The translations under genes and the position numbers were made by a program. The notes below the pieces were generated by a model, which worked only from the letters and a program-made list of their open reading frames with translations, did no database searches and had not been told where the DNA came from. This document shows positions 13,333-25,719 of a stretch of 40,954 bases of DNA, piece by piece. The stretch's first letter is position 1; every line of letters begins with the position of its first letter. The stretch comes from Conidiobolus incongruus B7586 (Eukaryota): NCBI GenBank assembly GCA_000697335.1, contig JNEM01013676.1, positions 1 to 40,954 on the forward strand, in the 5' to 3' direction.

Positions 13333-13726
13333 ATGTTCAAACATAACTTGTAATAAAAATAATATAGTTATATATTATTAAAAATTTTATTAATTAATAA
13401 TGTATTTAAATTTAGAGAATTATCAGTACCTTTTGAATCCGAATCCATGGCTAATGTAGCATATCAAGCTATAAGCGTAGAAGCTGAAGTTAAGCCCAAA
13501 TTAATTAAAACAGAATTTAAATTAGATCAAAATAATATTATCATGTAATATTGATAATTTAATTATTATTATTTATATGATATTAACATTAATATCATTT
13601 ATATTTAGGACATTCTCGTCTAATTCTTTAAAGATGATAAGATTATCGGTTAATAATAGGTTGGAAATGTTAGCTTTAATTGCTAAAACTCAATTTTATT
13701 TCGATCCTTCAAAATTGGAAGTATAA
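13333..13726 (+). CDS. PCC1: KEOPS/EKC complex subunit Pcc1/LAGE3 (3 exons)
   Basis: Missing from the ORF track. Splicing gives MFKHNLELSVPFESESMANVAYQAISVEAEVKPKLIKTEFKLDQNNIIMTFSSNSLKMIRLSVNNRLEMLALIAKTQFYFDPSKLEV*, matching the Pcc1 pattern L.VPF.S...A..A...L.VD.E...F....L+.LR.SVN. Confidence 0.88.
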
Positions 13727-14499
13727 ATGAAATATACCTAACATCATTGATGTAAGATATTTTTATTCAAATTTTAATTTGATTTTTTTTAATTTTATAT
13801 ATTTTTTGATTATTAGATTAGTATTAAAACAGAAAATTTAATTATTAATTATTTGGTTTAACAATATTTCATATAAAGAATTCAATGGTTCCATTTTGTA
13901 AAAACTGTTTAATTATTTCATATTAATATTTAAATGATTTTATAATTAAAAGATATTGAAAATGTAGTTAGATACATTAATTTAATATTGTAAAATTCAG
14001 TAATATAAATTTAACTAATGAAATTTTATAATTGATCTTATCTGCTTATCAATTTATTTTTAATCAATATTGAAGAATTCATCATATAGCTTGGCATTTG
14101 CAATAAATAGTAAATTTACTATTATTTTATTTGGTTTTTCAAAATTTTAGCATTTATATATTGAAATATGTTTTAAAGTTCAACCAATTCTAATATATTA
14201 ATCGAGTATATGTATGCTAGACAAAATATAATTTATTTTTAATATAAAATTTATATATAATCTATTATTATGGCTAATGTTGAATATATTTGAACAAAGT
14301 AATATTGTAAATTTTAATGTGACTGGTTTTATGACTAATACAAGTCACGTCTATTGCTGTAAAATATTATATATGAAATCATTCTAAGTATAATTTATCA
14401 CTATTTTATAATGCTAATACTTTAATTTCAATTTCACTAGAAATATTCAAATCAGATCAAATTCAAATTAAAGGTATCCCAAACAGAAACTTGAATTTT

Positions 14500-15500
14500 T
14501 TTAATAAGTTAATTTGTACTGCTTGAATTGTTATAATATTTTCAACCTTCAAGTATGAAATGATCATTTTTATAATTATACTGAGGATCCATTATCGATA
14601 TTATTTGTTTTAATATTTTGTAATCATTATTAGATTTAAAAATCTTCGAGAAATATGATGAATTGATGTCATCAGAGAAATCTAAAATCAGTTCTATTTA
14701 TATCATCATAAGTTTAAAGACGATGTTAAATATTTTATCAATCATATTTCCTATACAATTATTAAATAGGTTGTAAATGAATTGCCAAGTAATTCTTCCT
14801 TGGGAGAACTTGTATATTTTTGTTTATCCGTATCTTCCAAATTGGACAGCTATATTAAATATTATTTGGTTATTGGACTATATTTCAATTTCTAATTTTA
14901 AGAGCTTGATTCAAATCTTTGATATATTTTCGCTTAACTTTAATCATTTAATCACAAGTATATAACAAATCTTACGTTTGAAACATGATGATTCAAAATA
15001 TAATATATATTGCTTCAATGTACATTTTATTCATATTAGTCATTATTCAACAATCAGCATTTTCATCTATTTTTTTGAATTTCACAAAATTCTTCATTTG
15101 AATATTGGTAATCAATAAACAAGAATGGAATTATTTATTTTCAAAATGGTTAGATTTTTATAATAATATTAAAAATTATATAATTTATGAGTAATTTTAA
15201 TGGTTTTTTTATAAATAGTAGATCGTGAATTATTCTATAAATATTTCATTTATCAATTAGATATTATTGAAGGTATCAAATTAAAACTAAGTTTTCAAAT
15301 TTATATCAAAATGAATAATTACAAATACTAATAAATAACCACACACTAAATTTGTGCTTTGCATTATCAAAAATAGTAGATTGATTAGTTAAACCAGTTT
15401 CTAGCCAAGGTTTAAACGATTCTTCTACAATCAAATGTTAGTAATCGAGTATTTTATCAGCAATTCGTTAAAATTGTGGTGTTTTGTATTGACAATGGTT
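14500..15500 (-). pseudogene. Probable decayed gene relic of unknown identity
   Basis: Exon-like stretch at about 15500-15340 (HCQYKTPQF*RIADKILDY*HLIVEESFKPWLETGLTNQSTIFDNAKHKFSV) with two in-frame TAA. A further fragment (LSNLEDTDKQKYTSSPKEELLGNSF) lies at about 14850-14775. Confidence 0.35.
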
Positions 15501-16004
15501 AATAAATATAAAACAGAATTTAACTGAAATGAAAAGTTTTTTATATTAAAACATTATGTGTTAATTATTATTTAGAAATATATTCATTCAATTACATAAA
15601 AAATTTTATATCTGCTAATCCTATAAAATAAAATTTCTACTCAAAATTAGCTAAAAAGTGCAATATATGATAACTAAGAGCTAAGTCTATAAAATTATAT
15701 TATATCATGATTATGTTCAATATCAATAATAAATTAGAAAAATCATAATTTTTAATATCTAATATAAATTTAAATTCAAACAAAAATGAAAAACTCTCCA
15801 AATAATTAATGCAACCAATAATTATGATAATCCAATAAAATCACCTCAAATTTCCAATTTTAATTTACTAAACATTCTCAACTACTATAAACTAAATCTA
15901 AATTTAAATATAAATTTAATTATAATCTGAATTATTTAACTGCTTTTTTAATTCTTTAATAATAATTAATGAAATTATAATAGTTTAATATTTTTTTTAT
16001 CAAG

Positions 16005-17468
16005 ATGTTGGAAAATTTAACAGTATTGGAAGTTCAAGTACTTGAAGATAGTATTAATTTTTTAATTCAATTTGATGATAAAGAAGTAATATTAGTTTTT
16101 TTTTTCATTTTAATTATATTAATTTAGTTTAACTTAGAATAATATCAAAACCATATATCGAAGTTACGATCAAACAATATGGTTATATAAGCAATTAGAA
16201 GCCGAACCTAATTTAATAATACCTTTTTGTTTTGGTCAAATTGATAAAAATTTATTACAGGACGAGAATGAAAATTATTTGGAGTTGATGCGATTTAAAG
16301 TCGAAAGGTTTTTAAAATTGGTTGTCAGTTTGGAGTATTTGGAGGATAATAGGTATATAGAAGAGTTTTTTGATGATAAAATGGTAACATTTTTTCTATT
16401 ATTATTTAATAATATTATAATTATGAATATTTGTTTACTTAGAATGAAATGAATAAAATAAAACCTGAATGTGTAAATCATATTAACGGTGGCTTTTTAA
16501 ATAATTTGGTCGGTTTGATACCCCAATTGAAATCTAGTCCCGTAAATGCCTATGTTAATTTACCTCAGATTCCTGAATATTGTAAAGAAATTGACCTTGG
16601 TCAAATTGAAAGTAGCCAAGCTTATATCACAAATCTTGACGAAAATTACAATTTAATGACGGATAATCTGCAGTCCTTACTCGATACAACGGAACAAATG
16701 GAGAAAGGAATAACGAAACTGGGGACATTATGTTTATCCACGTTACACGGGCAGTATCGACTAGGGAAAGCGAATACCACGCCTCCAGAATTACATAGAT
16801 TTCACCATTTTTTAGAGAAATTCTCCATGCTGATAGATGATTTAAATGCTATTCAGAAAGGAGATTTGAGTTATTTAAAGTATCAACTCATATTAATTCA
16901 GTATAAATTAAGCCTAAAGTCCATCAAAAAAACAATAATTAATAACCAGTCTAAATTTGTAGAACTCAACCATTTAATCAAAGATTGTCACAAGAAACAG
17001 GATAAAATTTTGAGTATTATGGATGATCAATCTTTGGAACCTACACCCGAATTGATCGAAGCAAGAAGGCAGGAGGAAGAGTCAAACCAAGCCATTTTAA
17101 AGGCAAAGGAATTGGTCAAAGAAACCAATGAAAAGCTTGTGAAAGATTTAAATACATTTGAACTTTTAAAATCGAAGGATCTTCAGAATTCTATTAGATC
17201 TCTAGCCAAAAGTCAGCTTGAGACTCATAAACTCAAATTGGAGAAATTAAAGCAATTTTTCAGTATTCCTCAAACTCCCCAACCAAAGCCCAGTTTTCAT
17301 ATCTCCCCTGTGATTGACTCAGAAACCCCTTCGTTTCAATCTTATCCCTCTTCAATCGTTTCTATCCGATCTTACGAATCTTTGGGTATTGGTACATCAT
17401 CCTCAGCCACAAAACCTACCAACTCAATAGCCAATGGCATTCCCTTTTATCCTCTCGACATTGATTAA
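16005..17468 (+). CDS. Divergent PX-BAR sorting-nexin-like protein (3 exons)
   Basis: Exons 16005-16085, 16138-16383 and 16443-17468 join in phase 0. A PX-like IYRSYDQTIWLYKQL…IP…RFKVERFLKLV…IEEFF segment is followed by a long coiled coil with a BAR-like end (DLNTFELLKSKDLQNSIRSLAKSQLETHK) and an S/P-rich tail. Confidence 0.8.
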
Positions 17469-17545
17469 ATCAACCCTATTTATTTAATTCATCGTAATCA
17501 AACACTAACAAGTTCATGAAAAACAATTTATGAATAAAAATCATA

Positions 17546-18085
17546 TTAGTCATTTGCTTCAGTTTTATTAGATTTTTTTCAATTCATTTGCCTTTCACCT
17601 CAATTTTTTGCCCTATTTTTATTAGTTTTCTGTTGGCTCAACTCCAACTTTTCTTTAACTTTTAACTCAAATTCCTTTTGTTTAGCTTCCTAATAAAATC
17701 AATAAATATCATATCACATAATAATAAATGATTTTGAATTACCTTTTCTAATTCTTCTTGTATATTATGTTACCTTTCATATTCACTTCTTCGCGAAGCT
17801 CTATAAACGTGAAAATCACCACTACCTACACTAGAGCGTAAACTATTTTATTAGCTCAGAAGAAATTATTTCACAGTGTTTAATAATTATCTGGTTCATA
17901 TTTAGGTTCTTGTGGTTCTTCAAATACTTTGGAACCTTGATTTTTTGTTAATGGAATAGTCACAGATTTTGAGGTTTTTCATTAACTTTTCCAATTCCAA
18001 CCTTAGTAAATCGGTTGCAGTTTTTGGAAAATTTTTAGATTTGAGTTTGGTTGAAGTGTGTTCTAACTTCTTTTTTATCTGTCAT
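17546..18085 (-). pseudogene. PRKRIP1: PRKR-interacting protein 1 (DUF1168) homologue, disabled
   Basis: Recognisable blocks: PKTATDLLRLELEKLMKN, SSVGSGDFHVYRASRRSEYER and KTNKNRAK. Lesions: frameshift in the A6 run after the ATG (18071-18076), a second near 17970, in-frame TAA at 17770-17772, and TGA at 17600-17602 and 17579-17581. Confidence 0.82.
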
Positions 18086-18163
18086 ATTTATTAATTTTTA
18101 TATTTTATTATAATTAAAGTTATATAAATTGAATCAATAATGATGTGCAATATTTAAAAATAA

Positions 18164-18172
18164 TTATGGGAT
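18164..18172 (-). promoter_or_regulatory. ATCCCATAA upstream element (PRKRIP1 pseudogene)
   Basis: Perfect 9-mer in sense orientation about 79 bp upstream of ATG 18085. Confidence 0.7.
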
Positions 18173-18187
18173 GGTATTTTGTATTTA

Positions 18188-20339
18188 TTAATCATCTTCA
18201 ATGGGATCTGAAAGATCCATGTCGTGAACAGTGGTGAATAAGCGATCAATTCCAAAAATGTGATTGAGTTCTTTAAAATCAACTAACGGGGACTCGTTAT
18301 TAAAAGATTGGTTAACTATTTCATCTTCTTTCAATGGATCTAATTGGACACTATCGTGATAGTTATAAGAGTTCATACGTTGAATAAACTGTATACAATC
18401 TATTGAAATGAGATATTAGTAAATGAGATATACTTTCAAATATTACGAAAATTGTATTCAATTACCTCGAGGAATTTGATTACGGCGATTGAATCCAATA
18501 TAGGGATAATAAGGTAGATATACTTCACTCAAATCGCTCCCACTTAAACCAAAACCTATAAAATTTTATAAATACCTAAGAACCATATTAATTAAAATAA
18601 CTTACTGTTCAAATTTAATAAATAAAATTTAATCATGTTAAATTTAAAATAATTTAACTGATTTAAATTTGTCTTTAATTGTTTTAATTGGTTGAAATAG
18701 TTGGGTTTATAAATTTTTTTGGAGAATGAATTTTCCTTGTTGTTATTAATGTTGCTATCATTGGAATTTTTGTTAGCATTGATAATTTGCTCCATAGTTG
18801 ACCAAATTTGAATTAATGTTAAATCATTTTTAAATTCAATTTTTTCCTATAATATAGAAATGAATTAGCTGATAATTAAAGGAATATTGATTAAATTACT
18901 TGGGTATAATTGTAGTTTTCTAAAATATCATATTGACTATATTGGTCGCTTAGCTCGACAGTTTGATCGATATCATCACAGAATGTAGGATAGTTTTGGA
19001 ACAAGAAGTGCGTTAAGGTGTTTTCGTTAATATGCATAGTTTTAAGTATATCCTAAATTATTTATTAGTAAAATGATTGTATACAATCTAGTTATGAGTT
19101 ACATTTGGATTATTTCTATAAACTAGCTTCTTTTGAATATTTGGATTATTATTCGGAATCACTATGAAATAATTAACAAATTTGCAAAATATAATAATAA
19201 ATATGATATTTACTTGACCCATAAAATATTTTCCCCAAGGTTCTAAACAGTTCAATCGACGGATCCCTATAAATAAAATTAGTCAAATATCAAAAAACTA
19301 TATATATTCAATACTTTTCAAATAAAGCACCAAAATCGATCTTATCAAAATTAAGGCAATAAAACTGTAAATGATTAATTAAACTTCGCATATCGCCAAT
19401 TTCAGTTTTGACCAGTTCATTGACTAATTTGATTAAATGAGGTGAGGACCCTTTTAGCATTCCAAACTCAAGGTCGAGGATCCTTTTGAGCGATTTAGTG
19501 ACTAGAGTCGGTGCTACCTTGTTAAATTTAAGTAATGATACTCTGGGATGATTGAGTATGGGCTTGTCAAAGGTGCGAAATATACTCCAATTACTGAATT
19601 CGTTGAAACATATGACAATAGGCACCATATGGTTCATCTGACAAATATTAAATAATATAGTATTTAATTTGGTCAATATGGATTCGTGGGTGATATTGGG
19701 TAAATCATCAATGACAATGATTTTTTTCGTTTTGGTTTGACGATTGATATTATAATTCAAATGTAACTTTAGAAAGTTTTCAAAGTGGTCTATTTCTGAA
19801 TGCTTGAGGTAAAGTTCATCAATAGATGCAGTGGTCGGATTGGTCCTGAATTTGGGCTGCTGTAGTAATATTGGTGCATTCCAATCTTCGCGACTGAGCC
19901 CATGATGTTGAATGAATAGGGACGTAGCAACCGTTTTACAACTTCCAGAAGGGCCGTAGCATATCAATATTCTTTTATTATAATTCGGATTCTATTAATC
20001 ATTAATTAAAATAAATTGTAGAGAGTGAATATGATAAAATTACATAATAATGCGTATCCAGGTTTTGAAACCAATCAGTTAAATATTTAATCTTATTACT
20101 ATGAATAAAAAGTTCATTCTAACATCAAAATAAAAATAGTAAATATCAAAATAATATATAAAAAATAAGAAAGGTTACTATATTCTGAGGCGTATATTTA
20201 TCAATCCACAACCTCGTATCTACTTCTGTCTAAATAGAAATATTAATAATTTGGTCAATTTTAAAATATACTATATTGTTACTTTCAACTTTTTATTAAT
20301 TAGTTCTAATCCATTGTTTGCTTGTTCTCTTTTTGTCAT
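18188..20339 (-). CDS. RAD17: Checkpoint clamp-loader subunit Rad17/Rad24 (10 exons)
   Basis: The spliced product has LWIDKYTP, ELFIH, Walker A GPSGSCKT, IDDLPN, GDMRSLINHLQF, LFRTLGKIFY, LFQNYPTFC and an acidic DPIEDD* end. All nine GT-AG introns keep frame. Confidence 0.92.
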
Positions 20340-20433
20340 TATTGAAACTTGAATAATATTCAATTTAATAAAATTTAATAATTTAAAATCAAAATTAAAT
20401 CTCGACTATAAACGAAATACCAGTCAAATATTT

Positions 20434-20442
20434 TTATGGGAT
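20434..20442 (-). promoter_or_regulatory. ATCCCATAA upstream element in the RAD17 / zinc-finger divergent promoter
   Basis: Perfect 9-mer, sense to RAD17, about 95 bp upstream of ATG 20339. Confidence 0.75.
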
Positions 20443-20564
20443 ATAACATATGGTTTTATTATCTAATTATTAATTAAATATGATTAAATGACTGGTTTTT
20501 AAAAATTATAAATTCTTAACTCCTAACTCTTGTTCTTGAATTCCTTTTCAATAAATAGGATCTA

Positions 20565-20822
20565 ATGAATTTATTCACTTGTAAAAGATGCTCTCAAAAA
20601 TATTCACCACTATTAAATCAATCTGATAGCTGTAAATATCATCCCTTAACTTTTGTATGTAGACCTCATCCCGTTGACCATTACGCCTACGAGCTAAATG
20701 ACCAATTGATGACCGAGTTAAAATCTTGGAATTGTGAATATTGGGACTGCTGTGGCAAAGAGAGCAAAGATGCTACAGGGTGTAAATCATCTTATCATAT
20801 TAGCTATGATGATAACGAATAA
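20565..20822 (+). CDS. 85-aa Cys/His-rich zinc-binding protein (CHORD/Btk-like ligand pattern), intronless
   Basis: Pattern CxxC…N…C.YHP..FVCR.H…YEL…WDCCG……GC….HISYDD; GC is elevated relative to the flanks. Confidence 0.85.
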   Translation: MNLFTCKRCSQKYSPLLNQSDSCKYHPLTFVCRPHPVDHYAYELNDQLMTELKSWNCEYWDCCGKESKDATGCKSSYHISYDDNE

Positions 20823-21784
20823 ATATTTAAGCTTAAGAGCGTTATAATGAAATATATTAATGTATATAATGATTATTTGAATGGATTGTTATTAAAATAG
20901 AATGAAATATCAATTTTTAAATATATAAATTGCATGAACTTAAATATCATTTATGAATCAAACCATTTGTTTATAAAAGAAAACAGTAATTTACCAAGTT
21001 CAAAAACATTCAATCACATATTTGAATAACCCTCATATATTAAAATGTCAAAACTGATTACGACTTAATTGAATATTTAATTATGTACTTTTGAATCATA
21101 AGATATATAAAATCACTTAGAATTTACATAAACTATATGAATATTATTTGAATTATTTATTAATTTGATTTTAAGAATAAATTTTATACTAATATTTCTA
21201 TTCAATCAACTATATATATATATATTCCAATTTATAAGTACTAGAATTATTAGACTGAAAGATACATTTTAATCAAGATTTAATTCATTATCAATTAAAA
21301 TATATTACGACGATTTATATAGTACGAATTGTTATATTAAATATATATATTTTTGAAATTTATACATTAATTAATTATATTTTGTAATATTGTAGCTACT
21401 TAGATTATAACCTGCCCATTCAACTTCATCTCGCAAAGTACTTACATTTTAGATTATAACATCTTGAGCCACTTCAGATCATTTTCAAGGTCTCATTCCT
21501 TAAGAGATCTATTACATCTTCAAATACTACCTTTAATCGGCATATAATTCATAATAATATCTATGTCAAATGTCTTTCCAACAGAGGTTAATAGACCTCT
21601 CAGAAGATCTCAATACCTCTTCGTCCCCATAGTAGAGGCCTCAAACTAACTATGCCTTCTCAAACAATAACTTACTCGTCTCATCAACTTATCTTAAGCT
21701 TTGTTACCAATCTGCAATGTGACAGTGTTTATAAATTAGTTGAATTAAATTCAAAATATAAATTAAATTGAAGTTTTGAAAATT

Positions 21785-21793
21785 ATCCCATAA
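21785..21793 (+). promoter_or_regulatory. ATCCCATAA upstream element (PFDN6)
   Basis: Perfect 9-mer in sense orientation about 99 bp upstream of ATG 21892. Confidence 0.75.
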
Positions 21794-21891
21794 TGACAAT
21801 ATATTATCTATTTATCTATAAAAATGAATTTTGGGTCTCAATATCAACAACTCTAAAATTCACATAATCTACTCAAATTAATTATTCAATC

Positions 21892-22466
21892 ATGTCATTA
21901 GAAGTTAAAAAAGAATTAGAATTACAATCTAAAGAATTTCAAAATTTACAAAATGGTAAATATAAATATATCATTAAAAAGAAAAATATTAAAGTTTTTT
22001 TTAGAATTTACAAAATTTGTTCAAAATAGAAATCAATTAGAAGCTCAATTAAAAGAGAATGAAGCTGTTAAGAAGGTATTCAACATAATAAAATATTCTT
22101 TTTCTCTATTCATTTATATTTTTAGGAATTCAGTATTTTGAACGAAAATAACAAAATTTACAAATTAATTGGTCCTGGTTTAATCGAACAAGATATGGAC
22201 GATGCTAAATCTAATGTAGATAAAAGAATTGATTTTATTCAATCTGAAATGTATGTTTATGAACCTTACTCTTTTTTTTTCTATTTAATGATTTTATTTT
22301 TAGTGACAGAATTGAAACTAAGTTAGCGGAATTATCAAAACTTCAAGAAGAAAAAAAAGTCAAGGTAACTAAAATTTAATCCCATTTTCATGTAATATTA
22401 AATTTGAATTAGATTATAAAATTACAAAATCAATTATTCCAAGACCAACAAAAAGCTTCCGCTTAA
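21892..22466 (+). CDS. PFDN6: Prefoldin subunit 6 (Yke2/Gim1), 5 exons
   Basis: Spliced product: MSLEVKKELELQSKEFQNLQN…NRNQLEAQLKENEAVKKEFSILNENNKIYKLIGPGLIEQDMDDAKSNVDKRIDFIQSE…QDQQKASA*. Confidence 0.93.
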
Positions 22467-22586
22467 GATTGAGATATTTAATAAATATTTTGTAAACATT
22501 AATTTATTAACAAACTATAAAACAAATATTAATTAAAACCAATGAAAATTGAAAATTGAATAGCTTTAAACATTTGATATAAATCA

Positions 22587-24969
22587 CTATTGCATATCAT
22601 ATTCGTTTCCTAAACCTGAATCATCCATATGGGACAATTCGTTGGAAGTGGTGGGTAAAGTTTCGACCAATCCCGAGAGTTGTTGATATAATCTAGCTGT
22701 AGTGTTATGGAATTCCAGTTCATTTTCAATGAAAGTTTGATAGATATTGGAAGTAAGTAGTTGTCTTCTGTGGAAAAATTCCAACTCTTTCAAAATTGAA
22801 AACTTTTTAAATTGACTTTTCTTAACAAGATTAGCTAAATTTTTCTCATTCTATAAATTCATTCATTAATATTATGGAGTATGAAATGTAAATAAATATT
22901 ACGCTTTGAAGTTCTCGATTTAATTGTTCGATTTCTGAAGGATCACCTCCTTTACTCTGTAATAAATCTATTTTAGCAGTCATATCATCGATCGTTTTTT
23001 GCAATTGTTCAATTTGATTTTGATTAGTTGTTTGGTCATATCGATTAAGTAGGTTCTGGATATAATATTAAGTTAATTGCATGCAATAAATGTAGTATTT
23101 ATATTCATTACTCTAAGTGAGTTAGCCATAGTCAAATGTCTCTTAAAACTCTCTAAAGTAGCTGTGTCTTTATCCGAACTCTAACGTTTTAAAAAGTTAA
23201 TAGTGTGATATGAGCGAGAAATATTAATATTACCTTTTGAATATTGGCTGCTGATATCCTTTCCAAATAAGTAGCAATGTCTTGATATTGAGTAACAAGT
23301 TGGGGGCATGGTTTACAATCTTCGTTATGGCACCAGTTTTCAAATTGGGAAAGTGTTCTAATAATTGTTATTAGCAAACTGAAAATGGTATTGAAAATTA
23401 ATATTAAATTACTCTAAGCACTGACTGTACATGAGTAAATCTTTACCAGCTCCTGACAACAAAGTTAATATATATGAAGATGATAAATTGGTTAAATATC
23501 AACAAACCTATTTGCCTACTTGCCAATCTTTGGAAGGTATCGCAAATCCTTTCGTATTGACTAATGGCTTGGTTAATATTCTCTTTGGCTTTGTGAATAC
23601 GATCTTGTAAATCGGAGGGAATCATATCGATCATTTCGCTTGTAAAACTTGAAAATTCAACTTCTTCAAATGTGTGAACTTTGTTCTCTCTACGGTATTG
23701 GGCCATTTCCTAATCGGATGTTAAAAAATTTAATAGTGATTTAATTGTCAATTTACCATTGGTTCGGTGAGGAAAGCATTTACTAAGCTGTCTTCTTTGA
23801 GTATAGGATGAATGGCAAGTAAATTGATGTATCTGCTTAAACCCATCAGACGATCCTTCTGAAATTGACTATTTCCAGCAAATTTCTTAGGTGGAAGCTC
23901 AGGGATCATACGGAATGGATAGCGCTTATTGAGAACTTCATCTAGCCAGTAAAAATCGCTGTATCTGCGAAGAACTGTACATTCACGAACCTGAAATTGA
24001 CATGATTTAATTTTTTGATTTAGTCAGTATGTATATTCAAGAATTAACTACCTTAGATACAAGTTGATAGTTAACATATTTAAAAAAGGTGCCACCCATC
24101 TCAGGAGCAACTGTGACCTCAATTTCGTCGTCTTCAACAGTAGGTAAAGGCAAGTCAAGGGTACGAGTTAAAGTATTGCCTTTCTTGCTTATGGAATTAA
24201 AAGTACTTGGTGCCTTTTTAGAGCGCATAGAGTTGAAAGTGGAATTACGCCAGGGATCGGAAGGGAAAGAATCACCTGTCCCAGCAGCTGCTGGTTTTGG
24301 AAAATTAAGTCCCGTAAAATCTATCTGATCCAAACCTGCAAGGTGAGGTTCAGGTAAATCTAAAAAAATGAATATTGAGTTGAATGAAGATATGAATAGA
24401 TTTCAATTCGAATTACCATGTCTTCGATTAAATAAATTTTCCAAACTGACGACTATAAAAAACAGAGTTAATTATATATAGTCACTATAAAATAAATTAA
24501 TTAATACCCATATTCTTTTGGGCCAAGGCAATTAAACCCAAAATAACAAAAAATTCAGTTTTGGAAATGTGGGTTTGGTTCATACCTAATACTGAATATA
24601 AAATCTAAAATATAAATTTTAATTAAATATGATGCCGTAAATTATTAAAGTTACCTGATCGGAAACATTGACAGGCAAACCACTAGCTCTAATAATATGA
24701 GATAAAGAAGCAACAGTAATCTGGTCTTGAGCATTAGGTTTAGTCATTTGAAAATAGGTCTCAAAAATGGGTGGCACTTTGGTATCATCTAAATATTTTA
24801 TCAATTATCATTAATTATTTATAATTTTATAAAAATTACTTAAAATAGTTGCTGGGTGAATTTCTGTACTATTAGCTTCGGCATACCAAGGATTATTAGC
24901 CTCTAATAATTCACTCGAGTGGCTAGGACCTCCAAAGTTAACACTCTCGTTAAATAATGGTGAGTTCAT
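22587..24969 (-). CDS. MVP1: Sorting nexin Mvp1/SNX8 (EH-like N-terminus, PX, BAR), multi-exon
   Basis: PX domain: [13 protein letters not shown]…[31 protein letters not shown]…[10 protein letters not shown]…[17 protein letters not shown]. The N-terminus has an EH-like SGLP…[12 protein letters not shown] segment and the C-terminus is coiled coil. Confidence 0.9.
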
Positions 24970-25719
24970 TTATTAATATAAAGATGATGAATGAATTATT
25001 TGGTTAATTGGGATTAGAGAAGATGACTTATTAATTTCACAATAATTTAATTCAATCCAAAATTGTTTGGTATAAACATTCGATATAATCACGTGCTTTA
25101 TCTTTATCCAATAATAGGTTATTTTGAAATTTAGATATTTTCGACATTTTTTTAATATACTATTGGTAAAAATTAGATGATGATTATTCAATATCGACAT
25201 TTTGAATTAATTTGTAGTATATCTATTGTAATTCAACGATTTATTAAACTAATCTGTTTTACCAAATTATAAACATTAAAACAATCCTGACAATTTGAAT
25301 AATTTATAAATCAATTAATAATTGACACAAGTCACATTTTAATTTAATTTGAATCAGAATATATTTCTGACCTTTTAAATAATATAATTTACCCAACCAA
25401 CTTCCTAACTTTAAAATTTAAAAATATTCGCGTTAAATATCAAATAGATTTATTAAGTTACTCTATTCTCAATAATGATAATCATTAATCTTAATGTTAA
25501 ATCACATGATATTAATTCATTGACAGGTTGTTGATTCAATATGTTATTCTTTGAAATACTTTGAGGTTTAGTGGATTTATTTTTTTAATCAGTTAACATT
25601 TAAATTATTTATCAAATTGTGGCTTGTATCATAATTTTATTTAACGTATTTATTAAATAATACTTTACATATAAAAATATTTTTATGATTATATAGTTAA
25701 CATGATTATTTTGATCTAA

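Noticed and set aside
14777..14965. Short ORF-track entries such as 14777..14965, 16275..16481, 24973..25200, 27102..27344, 36570..36800 and 36807..37013
   Set aside because: Antisense, off-frame or low-complexity frames with no recognisable motifs.
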